64,000 bases of DNA from an uncultured virus (IMG/VR IMGVR_UViG_3300042484_001031) (taxonomy: Duplodnaviria; Heunggongvirae; Uroviricota; Caudoviricetes): IMG/VR virus record IMGVR_UViG_3300042484_001031, positions 1 to 64,000 of that record; one strand, written 5' to 3'. A program made the translations under genes and the position numbers. The notes under the pieces were generated by a model that saw only the letters and a program-made list of their open reading frames with translations, had not been told where the DNA came from and ran no database searches. Below are positions 47,079 through 59,400 of the stretch, one piece after another. The first letter of the stretch is position 1. Each line of letters begins with the position of its first letter.

Positions 47079-50000
47079 TTAATAGATCGGGAATGCACTT
47101 GTTGGGGCGGTGAAGTTACTTGTATAACGTGCATAACCTTTTGTTATTCTTAGATCGTCTATGTATCCTTGCCAATAATTTGAAAGAGAACCGCCATTAA
47201 TATTAAAGCACCCAATTGTCAAGGGACAATCTTCGTCAGCGGTCCAATTAGTTGCAGTTGTAGCTACAGAAACACCATTTACATAAAATGTAGTACTAGT
47301 TGTACTACTTCTAACCAATGCAATATGCGTCCATGTATTTGCTGAAATAGATGTTGTCCCGCTTGTCAGAGTAATTCCGTTACCTATTTGAACAAACAAA
47401 ACTCCAGACCTTAGTTCAATTTCATAGTTTGCGCCAGCACCCCAACTATATACCGCGCAAATAATGGTTCTATCACCGGAAGTAGTAGTTGGATATATCC
47501 AACATTCAACCGTAAAGTTAGATGTTAAAAATTTAGATAAATTATTTACATTTAATGTTGGCGAAAATAAATAATCCCCCGTACCATCAAAACTTACACT
47601 ACTTCCGCCAAACTTAGTTACTGTCGTACTTAATTGTGCATCAGCAACAGTTTCCATGTTTGTCATCATTGCGGCATCATATACACCAGCACTGGTCATA
47701 TTAGTTAATAAACTTGTATTTTGTATTGCGGTTAATGGCTGAGCCGGTGGTACAAAGTTACTGGTGTATAGTGCTGTACTTTTAACTACACGGAAATCAC
47801 TAATATACCCTTGAAAATATGAAGTGCCGTCTCCGCCTATTAAATTAGTAGTTGTAAAAGAATACGCAGTAGAACCTGTAGATCCAGATTGAACTCCATT
47901 AATAAATATTTTTAATGTACTCCCGGATCTTGTTAATGCAACATGACTCCATGTATTTAATGTTGGTAAGGCGGCATCCGTTATATGCCAAGCGAGTCCT
48001 TGTATAGCAACACCTAAATTTGCATTAGCTCCATATTTACTTAGCTGGACTGCTCCTGTTGATCCCGAAGATATAGGCGCATTAGTTGCCCATGCTAGAG
48101 GATATACCCAACATTCTATTGTAAAATCAGCCGGAAATGCTAACGCACTATTGCTAGGTGCAGTTAAGTAATCACCAGTGCCATCAAAATAACCACTACC
48201 GCCAATTGTACTTACCGTATAGCCATTTGTAGTTGCACTTGTAAAACCGAATGGATTTTGTTGTGTTGGTTGACTATTACCTGAGGCAGTAATTGCAAAT
48301 GCGTTTGTGGAATTATCAATGAATGTAGGTGATTGGCAAGTTAATAAACTTGTACCGGATACTGCTGTTAATGGAGTTGTACTTGGTGTAAAGGTTGAAG
48401 TATATACTGCAGTACCTTTTACTATACGTACATTTGAAATGTAACCGGTTACATATCCTTGAGGACTATTAGGATACGAGATACTAATACCAAGTAAAGT
48501 TCTTTCAATATTATTTGTTCCAGATCCCGAACCAACTGAGACACCGTTTTTATATAAAGTTACTGTTCCTGAACTACGAACGGCTGCAACATGAACCCAT
48601 GTATTTACCGATAAATTTACAGAGTCATACAAATCAAAGTTACCCGAACCGGTACCATTTCCCAAACCAATATGTAATTTACCGGCATTGCCTCCAGCAC
48701 CAGTGCCAAGAATAAATCCTTGGCCGCCACCAGTATTAAATGTACTGACAAATCCTACTTCTCCGCCGGGCGAAGAAGGAAGATATACCCAGCATTCAAC
48801 TGTAAAGTCACCAGTAGCAAATGCATATTCAGAACTAGCAGTAGGAGTTAAATAATCCCCGGTACCATCAAAATAACCACTATAACTTGTTGGGGTTACT
48901 ATTGATGGATTGAATGGACTAAAACGCTGTACTGAAACATCACCGTTCTTTGTGATGGTAAAGTTGTTTACACTATTATCAATCAATCTATTACTTTGGC
49001 AGGTTAATAGTACAGTGTTTGTAATTGCTGTTAGAGGTGTGGTTGGGACTGTATATGTTGTACCAGAATAAAGTGCAGTTCCTTTTACATATCGTACATT
49101 ACTAATATAGCCATTTAAGAAATACTGATTTGCACCGTTCGCATAATAACGCCCAATAATAAATGCGTCTGTAGCATTCGCTTCAGTAGTACTTGAAAAT
49201 TGACCTACTCTAGTTCCATTTAGATAACAACTACAATTATTTGCTGAAGATCCGGAACGTACCAATGCAACATGAAACCATTGATTTAACGGACACAATG
49301 TGCCGGAATAATTTGTGTTAATGGCCCATTCTAAGTAACCTGTATTTAGTATATTAATACTAAGTCCAGCAGCACTGGTACTGTTACGCATCCCAGCCAA
49401 ACCACCATAATCAGATGCACTTGTTACGTATGCCCAACATTCAAGTGTTAGGTCACCCGTAGTGCTAAACCCTGTAATTGCAGAAGCAGTTAAGGAATCA
49501 CCATTACCATCAAAGTAGTTACTCCAGTTACCACCATAAGGACTAAATGTACCTTGAGTAGTATTACCCGCTCTTGTTACTAAAAAATTATTTGTGCTAT
49601 TGTCTAGGAAAACATTGTTGTTTACTGATTGATTGTTTTGTAATATTAATAAACTTGTATTGGCAATTGCTGTTAATGGCTCAGAGGGCGGTGTGAATAT
49701 TTGAGTGCCGGTTGTTGTACTGCTTGTTTGATAACCAGCTGGGATTGATCCTTTTATTATACGAAGATCAACCAGGTATCCGTTAAGTGGAGTTCCACTA
49801 TAACCAGTACCAATGGCTAATGTGCTAGTAGATGAAATATTTTGCGATCCGCTGGTTGCGTAACTAGAAAGATTGCCGTTTAAAAATCCACGTATAGTAG
49901 AACCACTTCTAGTATATACTAGATGATGCCATACCTTAGGAGTAATAGATCCTATACTATATGATGTGCTTGCTAAGAATAAACCAGAGCTATTGGTATT

Positions 50001-51866
50001 TAATGTCCAGTCAAAACCTGATCCATTGTAATCTGATGTTGCACATATCCTATCAAATGTACCTGTACTAATACTATTTGCGTATAACCAAACTTCTAAA
50101 GTGAAATCCCCTGTACCAAATGCAAAGACTGAGTTACCCGGCACACTTAAATAATCACCACTACCATCAAAGTATCCACTACCATAAGTACTATAACTAC
50201 TGTTTGGAGTGAATGGATCAAATGAATTTACTGTGGTATTACCACCAACCGTTACAGTGAATGCATTGGTACTGTTATCTATAAATCTGTTAGATTGGCA
50301 GGTTAATAAACTTGTGTTTGCTATTGCTGTTAGTGGACTTGTGGGTGGAGTAAATGCGGCTGTATAGACTGCCGTACCTTTAACAACACGAACATTAGAA
50401 ATATACCCTGTAACATACTCAAAATTACCAGCACCATTTCTGCCAACTGCAACAATTTCAGTTGAATCAGTAATTGCTAAAGCACCCATATCTAAATTCG
50501 GCCCTTTAACACCATCGACATATACATTAACCATTGCACCATTGCGTACGCCTGCAATATGATACCAGCGGTTTGTTGTTGCAACTGTGCCAAAAGTTGA
50601 GAAATACACTGTTCCACCATAACCTACTCCAACTATTGGGTATGATGAACCATTTAATCCAAGTACAAAACTCATTGAACCTTGATTACCACCGGCATCA
50701 CATGTACCAATAAAAATTTGTTGAGATACACTTTGTAAATATACCCAACATTCTATTGTAAAATCGCCCGCACCCATAGTAAAGGCAACATTATCCGGAA
50801 CACTTATATAATCCCCAGTACCATCAAAGTAATTACTATAATAACCGGGAGTATACGGATTAAAACTATTTGGCCTTGTATCACCAAAAATACTTACATT
50901 AAAGTTATTCGTACTTGCATCATCTACAAATGTTGTACTTGCACCGGGTATCAATAATGTATTATACTCAAAGTACGGATCATTGGCAACAGTAATACTC
51001 CAATTGATAGTTCTTACTGCACTACGATTTGTTGTTGCGGCCGTAGCGGTTAGTAATGTACTACTATCAGCAATAACAGTTGGTGTACCAGATATGTTTG
51101 CACCAGTTAATGATAATCCAGTTGGTAGTGCATTAGCACTATAACTAACTGCATAACCAGCGGCATCAGTAGCACTTAATGCTACATTAGAAATAGCACT
51201 ATCCACCGCACTAGTATATGTTGTATTATTTGCTGGACTAACCCAAGTAACAGCATCAACATTGATTGTTAAACTAAAACTTCTTGTACTATCTTGTAAT
51301 TGTGCATCGGTTGCTTGTATCGTAAATGAATATGTTGTACTACTACTATCTACTGGAGCTGTACCAGTTATAACACCATTGGCATATAATGTAGAACCAG
51401 TTGGTAATGAACCAGAAAATAATGAATAAGTTATTGGAGCATCACCACTAGCAACAACAGTATTTGATATACTGGTTGTCTCATAATAACTACCTAATGA
51501 TCCAGCACTTGTTGTCCAAGTTGGTAACACACTATAGATGATACCAGGAATAAATATTGCCGTACCACCATCACTATTTACTACATATATTGTATATGTA
51601 CCTGCACTCTTTGCAGGGCTTGTAAAAGTCAATTGATTTGGGTTAACATAAGTTACTACTGCTACTGCATTACCATCAAATGTAATAGTTGCGCCAGCTA
51701 AAAAGCCAGTACCGTTTATTTGTACAGTTTGTCCACCTGCTGGGTCTAATGCCGTATCATCTAAGCCACCAACACTATATCCAGAGATAGTTGGGGGTAA
51801 AGGTTTTAGTGCGTTAATGACACTTACGCTAGTTACAAGGTCATTTACAACTGAGGTTATACTCAT
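47079..51866 (-). CDS. IPT/Ig-like plus six LamG domain protein
   Basis: DPAGGQTVQINGTGF (IPT), LPTGLSL..ISGTPT (putative Ig), six LamG units. Confidence 0.88.
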   Translation of the reverse strand: MSITSVVNDLVTSVSVINALKPLPPTISGYSVGGLDDTALDPAGGQTVQINGTGFLAGATITFDGNAVAVVTYVNPNQLTFTSPAKSAGTYTIYVVNSDGGTAIFIPGIIYSVLPTWTTSAGSLGSYYETTSISNTVVASGDAPITYSLFSGSLPTGSTLYANGVITGTAPVDSSSTTYSFTIQATDAQLQDSTRSFSLTINVDAVTWVSPANNTTYTSAVDSAISNVALSATDAAGYAVSYSANALPTGLSLTGANISGTPTVIADSSTLLTATAATTNRSAVRTINWSITVANDPYFEYNTLLIPGASTTFVDDASTNNFNVSIFGDTRPNSFNPYTPGYYSNYFDGTGDYISVPDNVAFTMGAGDFTIECWVYLQSVSQQIFIGTCDAGGNQGSMSFVLGLNGSSYPIVGVGYGGTVYFSTFGTVATTNRWYHIAGVRNGAMVNVYVDGVKGPNLDMGALAITDSTEIVAVGRNGAGNFEYVTGYISNVRVVKGTAVYTAAFTPPTSPLTAIANTSLLTCQSNRFIDNSTNAFTVTVGGNTTVNSFDPFTPNSSYSTYGSGYFDGSGDYLSVPGNSVFAFGTGDFTLEVWLYANSISTGTFDRICATSDYNGSGFDWTLNTNSSGLFLASTSYSIGSITPKVWHHLVYTRSGSTIRGFLNGNLSSYATSGSQNISSTSTLAIGTGYSGTPLNGYLVDLRIIKGSIPAGYQTSSTTTGTQIFTPPSEPLTAIANTSLLILQNNQSVNNNVFLDNSTNNFLVTRAGNTTQGTFSPYGGNWSNYFDGNGDSLTASAITGFSTTGDLTLECWAYVTSASDYGGLAGMRNSTSAAGLSINILNTGYLEWAINTNYSGTLCPLNQWFHVALVRSGSSANNCSCYLNGTRVGQFSSTTEANATDAFIIGRYYANGANQYFLNGYISNVRYVKGTALYSGTTYTVPTTPLTAITNTVLLTCQSNRLIDNSVNNFTITKNGDVSVQRFSPFNPSIVTPTSYSGYFDGTGDYLTPTASSEYAFATGDFTVECWVYLPSSPGGEVGFVSTFNTGGGQGFILGTGAGGNAGKLHIGLGNGTGSGNFDLYDSVNLSVNTWVHVAAVRSSGTVTLYKNGVSVGSGSGTNNIERTLLGISISYPNSPQGYVTGYISNVRIVKGTAVYTSTFTPSTTPLTAVSGTSLLTCQSPTFIDNSTNAFAITASGNSQPTQQNPFGFTSATTNGYTVSTIGGSGYFDGTGDYLTAPSNSALAFPADFTIECWVYPLAWATNAPISSGSTGAVQLSKYGANANLGVAIQGLAWHITDAALPTLNTWSHVALTRSGSTLKIFINGVQSGSTGSTAYSFTTTNLIGGDGTSYFQGYISDFRVVKSTALYTSNFVPPAQPLTAIQNTSLLTNMTSAGVYDAAMMTNMETVADAQLSTTVTKFGGSSVSFDGTGDYLFSPTLNVNNLSKFLTSNFTVECWIYPTTTSGDRTIICAVYSWGAGANYEIELRSGVLFVQIGNGITLTSGTTSISANTWTHIALVRSSTTSTTFYVNGVSVATTATNWTADEDCPLTIGCFNINGGSLSNYWQGYIDDLRITKGYARYTSNFTAPTSAFPIY

Positions 51867-52192
51867 GTCAACTCTGATCCAAATAAGTTAAAACTAACTG
51901 TAGTTGTATTAGCTCTTACTGTAACAACATCGGTTGTTGCTAATGTAATACCAATAGTCATTGTAATACTATCATTGGCATTTACGTTAGTGTCATATGA
52001 TATGTACTGTGCTGTTGCAATTGAGGCGCCAGCTGGTCGTACTGCAACACGAAATGTTGCGGCACTTGCTGCCTGATTACAAATTACAATTGTACTACAT
52101 ACTGCTGAAGTTGATGCTGGTACTGTATATAAATCTATATTTGTATTTGCTGCCGGGTTACTTTGCCCTAAAACTTTATATGTGATTGCCAT
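51863..52192 (-). CDS. small fibre adaptor-like protein
   Basis: MAITYKVLGQ...LYTVPA...FGSELT; ATGA-coupled to the LamG gene. Confidence 0.75.
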   Translation of the reverse strand: MAITYKVLGQSNPAANTNIDLYTVPASTSAVCSTIVICNQAASAATFRVAVRPAGASIATAQYISYDTNVNANDSITMTIGITLATTDVVTVRANTTTVSFNLFGSELT

Positions 52193-52201
52193 GTTATTTC
52201 C

Positions 52202-55200
52202 TTATGCTCCCATTAACAAGAATGGGCTTATTAAATCTTGTGCTGTAATTCCACCACCCCCAGCATTTCCAGCAGTAAATGTTGTTACTTCAATAGGTGC
52301 TGTGTTTGGCGGAGCAGAACTAAATGTGATTACATTACCCGTTAATGAATATACTGTCCTTGGTTGGAATGTACCTGCTATACTAACTAAGGTAGCGTTA
52401 GCATTTGCTGGTGTAGATGTTAATGTGTACGCTGTTTGTACACCATTACCAGTAAAATTATCTACGCCAATACTTGTTCCAGATGCGGCTGCCCAAGTTA
52501 AATTACCTGAACCGTCTGTACTTAATACAAATGTATTTGAACCGCCGGTTATATGCAAGTTACTTACATTACCTAAACTAACGTTAGCACCACTAAGTGC
52601 TATGTTACCAGTGATATTTGCATAGCCACTAATGTTTGCCCCTGTACCAGTAATAGTCATTACATTAGCATTACCAACTGCACTAAAGTTTATGTTTCCA
52701 TTTACTGATGGAATGTTAACATTACTATTGCCGTTACTTATGTTAGATCCGCCACCGCCGCCACCTGATTGTGCTACCCAAGATAGAGCACCGGATCCAT
52801 CTGTACTTAGTACATAACCATTAGTACCGCCTGTAATAACAACATTACCTACTGCACCTAAATTACTTTGCCCAGTAACATTTAATGTACCTGATATATT
52901 TGCACCTGTACCAGTTATAACTACTACATTAGCATTTCCAACAGCACTAAAGTTAATATTGCCATTTGCAGCCGGTATGTTTACATTACTATTGCCGTTA
53001 CTTATGTTGGATCCGCTACCACCACCTGATTGTGCTACCCAAGATAGAGCACCAGATCCATCTGTACTTAATACATAACCATTAGTACCACCACTGATAT
53101 GTAAATTACCAACAGCGCCTAATGTTACATTAGCTGTAGTTGTAAAGTCAACTACACCAGTTGCATTACTTACTGTTAAACCAATTAATGAACCAGTACT
53201 AGTTATATTTGGTTGTGCGTTTGTGTATACAGTACCTGAAATTAATGAGTTACTCACTTGTCCAGAAACATTACCGCCTGCTACTGCATTAGCTGTAGTA
53301 GCAAATGTTGCTAATCCAACTGTTATGTTCGCAACATTGGCGTCGGTTACAACAATATTACCATTCATGCCTCCGTGAATAGAGCATTGATATTTGTAAT
53401 TACCTACTATACCATATGGAATTTTCCAATATAGTGTTCCTGCTATTTGACCTTGGGCTGATGTAGTAGTTGATACTGTTCCTGTAGTTGTAACATGTTC
53501 TAAACCAACACTATAGTTTGCACCACCACTTGTTTGAATTAAGAATGGGTGTCCTGATACATTCAAATTAAATGCTAATGTTTGACCACTAGTAACATAT
53601 ATCGCAGGATTGATAGTAGCACCATATTGATCAAATAGATATCCAGATGTTCCGCTAGCAGTGACATTTAGTCGTGTTGTGGCTTGTAGATACAACTCAT
53701 CTGTCGTTAATCCAGCTGTATTGAATGTTGTAATATTACCAAACGTTAATGCACTCAATGCACTACCATCACCAGTAAAGAAATTAGCTGTTACTAGATT
53801 ACCTAAATTAGCATTACCGGCACTAATATTACCACTAGCAATAAATGTATTTGCACTAATTACATTTGCATTAGTGATGTTACCACCAGAACCATTACCT
53901 GCAATAATATTACCGGCAGATAAATTACCTGTAACATTAGCGGTACCACTAATGTTTGCACCTGTACCAGTTATTACCATTACATTAGCATTACCAACTG
54001 CACTAAAGTTAATATTGCCATTGGCGACTGGAATGTTTACATTACTATTGCCGTTACTTATGTTAGATCCGCCACCGCCGCCACCTGATTGTGCTACCCA
54101 ACTTAGTGTACCTGAACCGTCTGTACTTAGTACATATGCGTTTGTACCACCACTGATATGTAGATTACCAACAGCACCCAAAGTAACATTAGCTGTAGTT
54201 GTAAAATCAACTACACCAGTTGCATTACTTACAGTTAATCCTGTTAATGAACCAACACTTGTTATATTTGGTTGAGCATTAGTTGTTACAGTACCGGCAG
54301 TTGCAACATTTAAGTTAGCAACTTGTGTTGTACTTGTTACTGTGAACGGCGCTGTACCTGTTGTAACGTTACTTACTAGTATACTAGCTGTAACATTTCC
54401 ACTTACTGCTAAACTTGTTAATGTACCAACACTAGTAATGTTTGGTTGTGCGTTTGTATATACTGTGCCGGCTATTAATGCGTTAGCTACTTGACCAGTA
54501 ACATTACCAGCTGATATATTACTTAAGTTATTACCGGCCCCACTAAAGAAATTAGCTATAGCTAAATTACCTAAATTAGCATTACCGGCAGTAACATTAC
54601 CACTAGCAATAAATGTATTGGCTGATATGACGTTAGCGTTAATAATATTGCCACCAGCACCATTACCTGTAATGATGTTAGTTGTAGTAAGATTACCTGT
54701 AATATTAGCACCAGTGCCGGTAACAACTAATATATTGGCATTGCCTTCAGCACTAAAGTTTATATTACCGTTAGCTAATGGGATATTTACATTACTATTT
54801 CCGTTTGATATACTAGCTGTAGTAACACCTGTTAATAACGAACCGTTACCTATAAAGTAGTTAGCATTTGCAAGATTACCCAATATTGCATTGCCAGAAC
54901 GAATGTTGGCTAATTCGGTGAATGTTACTACTTCACTTGAAATACCAACATTAGACCCAAATGCTATTTCTGCATTACTTATATCCCAACCCATCCAAGC
55001 AATTTTTGCACTTGTATCGTAATAATTTAATGCGGTACCAACATCTTTACCTGTATTAGCAACCGGGGCGGCACCATTTGGTCCTGTTTGTAAATTAATG
55101 ATTGGGTCACTAATTGATAATGTAGTTGAGTTGATATATGTTAGTGTACCGTTAACTGTTAAATTACCACCAAACACACCATTACCTGATACCGATACAT

Positions 55201-56434
55201 CTGTTAATGTGCCTAAACTTGTTATGTTTGGTTGTGCATTAGTATATACTGTTCCGGAAATTAATGCATTGCTTACTTGACCGGATACATTAGCAGCCTG
55301 AATATTACTTAAGTTATTACCGGCTCCACTAAAGAAATTAGCAGTAACTAGATTACCTAAATTAGCATTACCACCTGTAATATTACCAGTTACCGATAGA
55401 CTAGTTAATGTACCTACACTTGTAATGTTTGGTTGTGCATTTGTATATACTGTACCAGAAACTACACTGTTACCTACTTGAATATTTGCAACATTTGCAT
55501 CAGTTACAACGATATTACCATTCATGCCTCCATGAACAGAGCATTGATATTTGTAATTACCCGTTATGCCATACGGAACTTTCCAATATAGTGTCCCTGC
55601 TATTTGTCCTTGTGCTGCCGAAGCAGTTAATACCGTGCCCGTAGTATCAACATATTCTAAACCAGTACTATAATTTGCTCCACCGCTTGTTTGAATTAAG
55701 AATGGATGACCTGATACATTTAAATTAAATGCTAATGTTTGGCCGCTAGTAATGTATATTGCAGGATTTAGCGTGGCGCCATATTGATCAAATAGATATC
55801 CAGAAGCTCCACTAGCAGTAACATTTAGCCGTGTTGTACCTTGTAGATATAGTTGATCAGTGGTTAATCCAGCAGTGCTAAAAGTTGTAATATTGCCAAA
55901 AGTTAACGCACTCAATTCACTGCCGTTACCACTAAAGAAATTAGCTGTTGCTAAGTTACCTAAATTAGCATTGCCAGAAGTTATATTACCTGTACCAGTA
56001 ATTTCCCCACTACCAAAATCTAAGTTACCAACTGTTGCGTTTCCTGATATATTTAATGTACCGGCTATATTAGCCCCTGTACCAGTAACTACCATAGTAG
56101 TATTGCCAACAGCACTAAAGTTTATATTACCATTGGCAGTTGGTATATTTACGTTGCTATTACCATTACTAATATTACTTGTACTACCGCCACCGCCTGA
56201 TTGAGCAACCCAAGATAGATTACCTGCACCATCTGTTTGTAATACATATCCATTAGTACCGCCGGTAATAATGACATTACCAACAGGGCCTAGATTTGCT
56301 GAATTTGTTAACAAAGTCAGTGAAGTTGTTACAGATAAGTTAGCGACAGTAGCGTTGGCAGAAACGTTCATACCGTTAACTGTATAGTTACCGGATGTCT
56401 CTATTCCTGATGGTTTAATTACTGTCAATGCCAT
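52202..56434 (-). CDS. tail fibre stalk protein with two cupredoxin-like domains
   Basis: Repeat vocabulary as above; two GHPF...CSxHGGM units. Confidence 0.8.
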   Translation of the reverse strand: MALTVIKPSGIETSGNYTVNGMNVSANATVANLSVTTSLTLLTNSANLGPVGNVIITGGTNGYVLQTDGAGNLSWVAQSGGGGSTSNISNGNSNVNIPTANGNINFSAVGNTTMVVTGTGANIAGTLNISGNATVGNLDFGSGEITGTGNITSGNANLGNLATANFFSGNGSELSALTFGNITTFSTAGLTTDQLYLQGTTRLNVTASGASGYLFDQYGATLNPAIYITSGQTLAFNLNVSGHPFLIQTSGGANYSTGLEYVDTTGTVLTASAAQGQIAGTLYWKVPYGITGNYKYQCSVHGGMNGNIVVTDANVANIQVGNSVVSGTVYTNAQPNITSVGTLTSLSVTGNITGGNANLGNLVTANFFSGAGNNLSNIQAANVSGQVSNALISGTVYTNAQPNITSLGTLTDVSVSGNGVFGGNLTVNGTLTYINSTTLSISDPIINLQTGPNGAAPVANTGKDVGTALNYYDTSAKIAWMGWDISNAEIAFGSNVGISSEVVTFTELANIRSGNAILGNLANANYFIGNGSLLTGVTTASISNGNSNVNIPLANGNINFSAEGNANILVVTGTGANITGNLTTTNIITGNGAGGNIINANVISANTFIASGNVTAGNANLGNLAIANFFSGAGNNLSNISAGNVTGQVANALIAGTVYTNAQPNITSVGTLTSLAVSGNVTASILVSNVTTGTAPFTVTSTTQVANLNVATAGTVTTNAQPNITSVGSLTGLTVSNATGVVDFTTTANVTLGAVGNLHISGGTNAYVLSTDGSGTLSWVAQSGGGGGGSNISNGNSNVNIPVANGNINFSAVGNANVMVITGTGANISGTANVTGNLSAGNIIAGNGSGGNITNANVISANTFIASGNISAGNANLGNLVTANFFTGDGSALSALTFGNITTFNTAGLTTDELYLQATTRLNVTASGTSGYLFDQYGATINPAIYVTSGQTLAFNLNVSGHPFLIQTSGGANYSVGLEHVTTTGTVSTTTSAQGQIAGTLYWKIPYGIVGNYKYQCSIHGGMNGNIVVTDANVANITVGLATFATTANAVAGGNVSGQVSNSLISGTVYTNAQPNITSTGSLIGLTVSNATGVVDFTTTANVTLGAVGNLHISGGTNGYVLSTDGSGALSWVAQSGGGSGSNISNGNSNVNIPAANGNINFSAVGNANVVVITGTGANISGTLNVTGQSNLGAVGNVVITGGTNGYVLSTDGSGALSWVAQSGGGGGGSNISNGNSNVNIPSVNGNINFSAVGNANVMTITGTGANISGYANITGNIALSGANVSLGNVSNLHITGGSNTFVLSTDGSGNLTWAAASGTSIGVDNFTGNGVQTAYTLTSTPANANATLVSIAGTFQPRTVYSLTGNVITFSSAPPNTAPIEVTTFTAGNAGGGGITAQDLISPFLLMGA

Positions 56435-56467
56435 TATATCTTGTCCTTATTATGTATTTAGTTCTTA

Positions 56468-59400
56468 TTAAAAGATCGGGAATGCACTTGTTGCTGGTGT
56501 GAAGTTACTTGTATAACGTGCATAACCTTTTGTTATTCTTAAATCGTCTAGGTAACCATACAATGGAGCTGAAGATACGTCAGACATAATACCAACAAAT
56601 AATGATTGTGTTGTTCCTGAATAAGTGAAACTGTCAGAAATAGTTGTACCAACTATTGTTCCATTAACAAAAAATCTTCCAGTGGAACCTGTTCTACAAT
56701 ATGTTACATGTGTCCAAGTGTTAATAGGTATCGCAACAGTTGTGCTACTAGCTTTATTTCCAGAAGTTGAATTAAAATACAATGTATATGGTCCAGTACC
56801 ATTTAAATAAAATCCCCAAGGGCCAGTACCGGTAGAATTATTATAACCAAAACTAGCAATAGTTTGATTACCTGTTCCTGCAGCCGATGTTAAATATATC
56901 CATGTTTCTACAGTGAAGTCACCAGGCAATGAATATGCAGGATTGTATGGTGCTTTTAAATAGTCGCCCGTACCATCAAAACTCATACTGCTTCCGCCAA
57001 ACTTACTTACTGCTGTACTTAGTTTTGCATCACCGACAGTTTCCATGTTATTCATCATTGCGGCATCGTATATACCAGCACTGGTCATATTGTTTAGTAA
57101 TACTGTATTTTGCACTGCTAATAGTGGAGCTGCGGATGGTACAAAGTTACTTGTGTATAGCGCAGTACCGTTTACTACACGAACATCGGCAATATTTCCA
57201 GTCATAACATAATTTGAACCTTGACTACCAATAGTTGTACTTGTTATACCTAAATTATATGCTGTTGAATTTGTTTGAGTAGTACCTTGCTGTACTCCAT
57301 CAACAAATATTTTCATACTTGTACCGCTTCTTGATATTGCTACATGCTGCCATGCGTTTAATGTTTTTGAAGTTGCAGGTTGATAATCCCATGCGACCCC
57401 AGCCCGACCCCAGCCATATCCACCGGTAGAAGGTGCATATCCAAAAAATAATCCGTTTGTTCCGCTAGCACTAATAATAAACCAATCAGTTGTTAATTGT
57501 GCTGGGTATACCCAAGCTTCAATTGTAAAATTGCCTGTACCAAAATTAAATGCCGCATTTGTAGGAATAGTCAAATAATCCCCGGTACCATCAAAGTAAC
57601 CACTACCGCCGATTGTACTTACCGTATAGCCATTTGTTAATGCACTAGTAACACCGAATGGATTTTGTTGTGTTGGTTGACTATTACCAACAGCAGTAAT
57701 CGTAAAGTTGTTAGTACTGTTATCTATAAATGTTGGTGATTGTAATGTTAATAAACTTGTACCAGATATTGCTGTTAATGGACTTGTTGGAACTGTTATA
57801 GTTGATTGTGTTGGATCATATACAGCCGTTCCAACAACAATTCTAAAATTACTAATATATCCCGTGTAGTAATTAGTTAAGTGAGCGCCAATTCGAAGTA
57901 TTTCAGTATATGAATTAGTATTTACAACGACCCCTGTAGACGACCTAATGCCATTAACAAATACAGTAGTAGAGGATCCGCTTCTAACCCATACTATATG
58001 GTTCCAAGTATTTAATGAAATTGTCGAAACAGTAAAGGTAGTAGTTCCTGTACTATCTTGTATAGTAACGGTTGTAGAACTTGCAATTCTTCCAACTAAT
58101 CTTCCGCCGACACTGTTTGTTGTTCCAAACACATACATATCTGCGGTCAAGGTAGTTGTAGCATATACCCAACACTCTATAGTAAATGAGCCTGTTGTAA
58201 TATTAGTTGCAGGGCTTGTTGCTAATAGTAAGTAATCTCCTGTACCATCAAAATAACCACTATAACTTGTTGGGGTTACTATTGATGGATTGAATGGACT
58301 GAAACGTTGTACTGAAACATCGCCGTTCTTTGTGAGAGTAAAGTTGTTTATACTGTCATCAACTAATCTATTGTCCGCACAGGTTAATAGTTGTGTGTTA
58401 GTGATAGGTGTTAATGGTGTGGTGCTTGGGGTAAACGCACTTGTATAAAGTGCAGTTGTGTTATTAATACGAATGTTTGACAAATATCCTGTTATAAATG
58501 AGCTTCCACTAGAATATGCTCCGATTCCAAGTGCCTGAGTGTAATTAAAATTAGCAGATGTTTGAGATGCAGTGAGCGCACCATTTATAAAAAATCTAAC
58601 GGTACTACCAGACCTTGAGACAGCAAAATTAACCCATTGATTTGTTACCGCACTTGAATTGCCGTTTAAAAAAGAACTTCCATCGTATGCGCCAAATCCA
58701 CGCTGATATCCATATTCAATATACCAACCAGCTGAGCCATTCCCGCCAACCAAAACACCAAATTGAGAGGTAGAGAGTAAATATACCCAGCCTTCAATAG
58801 TAAAGTCTCCGCTAAAGTTTGATATTGACGCAGATGATGGAGTTGTCAAATAATCACCAGTACCATCAAAGTAGTTACTCCAATTACCACCATAAGGACT
58901 AAATGTACCTTGAGTAGTATTACCGTTGCGAGTTACAAAAAAGTTATTTGTACTGTTATCTAAGAATACATTATTGTTTACTGATTGATTGTTTTGTAAT
59001 GTTAATAAACTTGTATTTGCTATTGCGGTTAGTGGAGCTGAGGGTGGTGTGAATGTTGTTGTGTAAACTGCGGTGCCTTTTACTACACGAACATCGGTTA
59101 TATAACCATTAAAATAACGATAACCAGATTCAAATGGAAATGCTCCAATCGTTAAACCAATTGATGAATTTGTTATTGCACCCACACTTGCAAAACCGCC
59201 CGGATTTAGCAAAGTTCCATTAAGAAATGCGTATCCGACCCCAGACGACACTGTCATGGCAACGTGATACCAAGTATTTAATAAAGTAGTTGATGTATAA
59301 TCATAAAATTTTTCCGTAGAAGTTGATCCAGTGGTATTAAAATAAAATCTAAAGACTGTAGCACTTATTCTTCTGACACCAAAACCTTGGGCCCATGATC

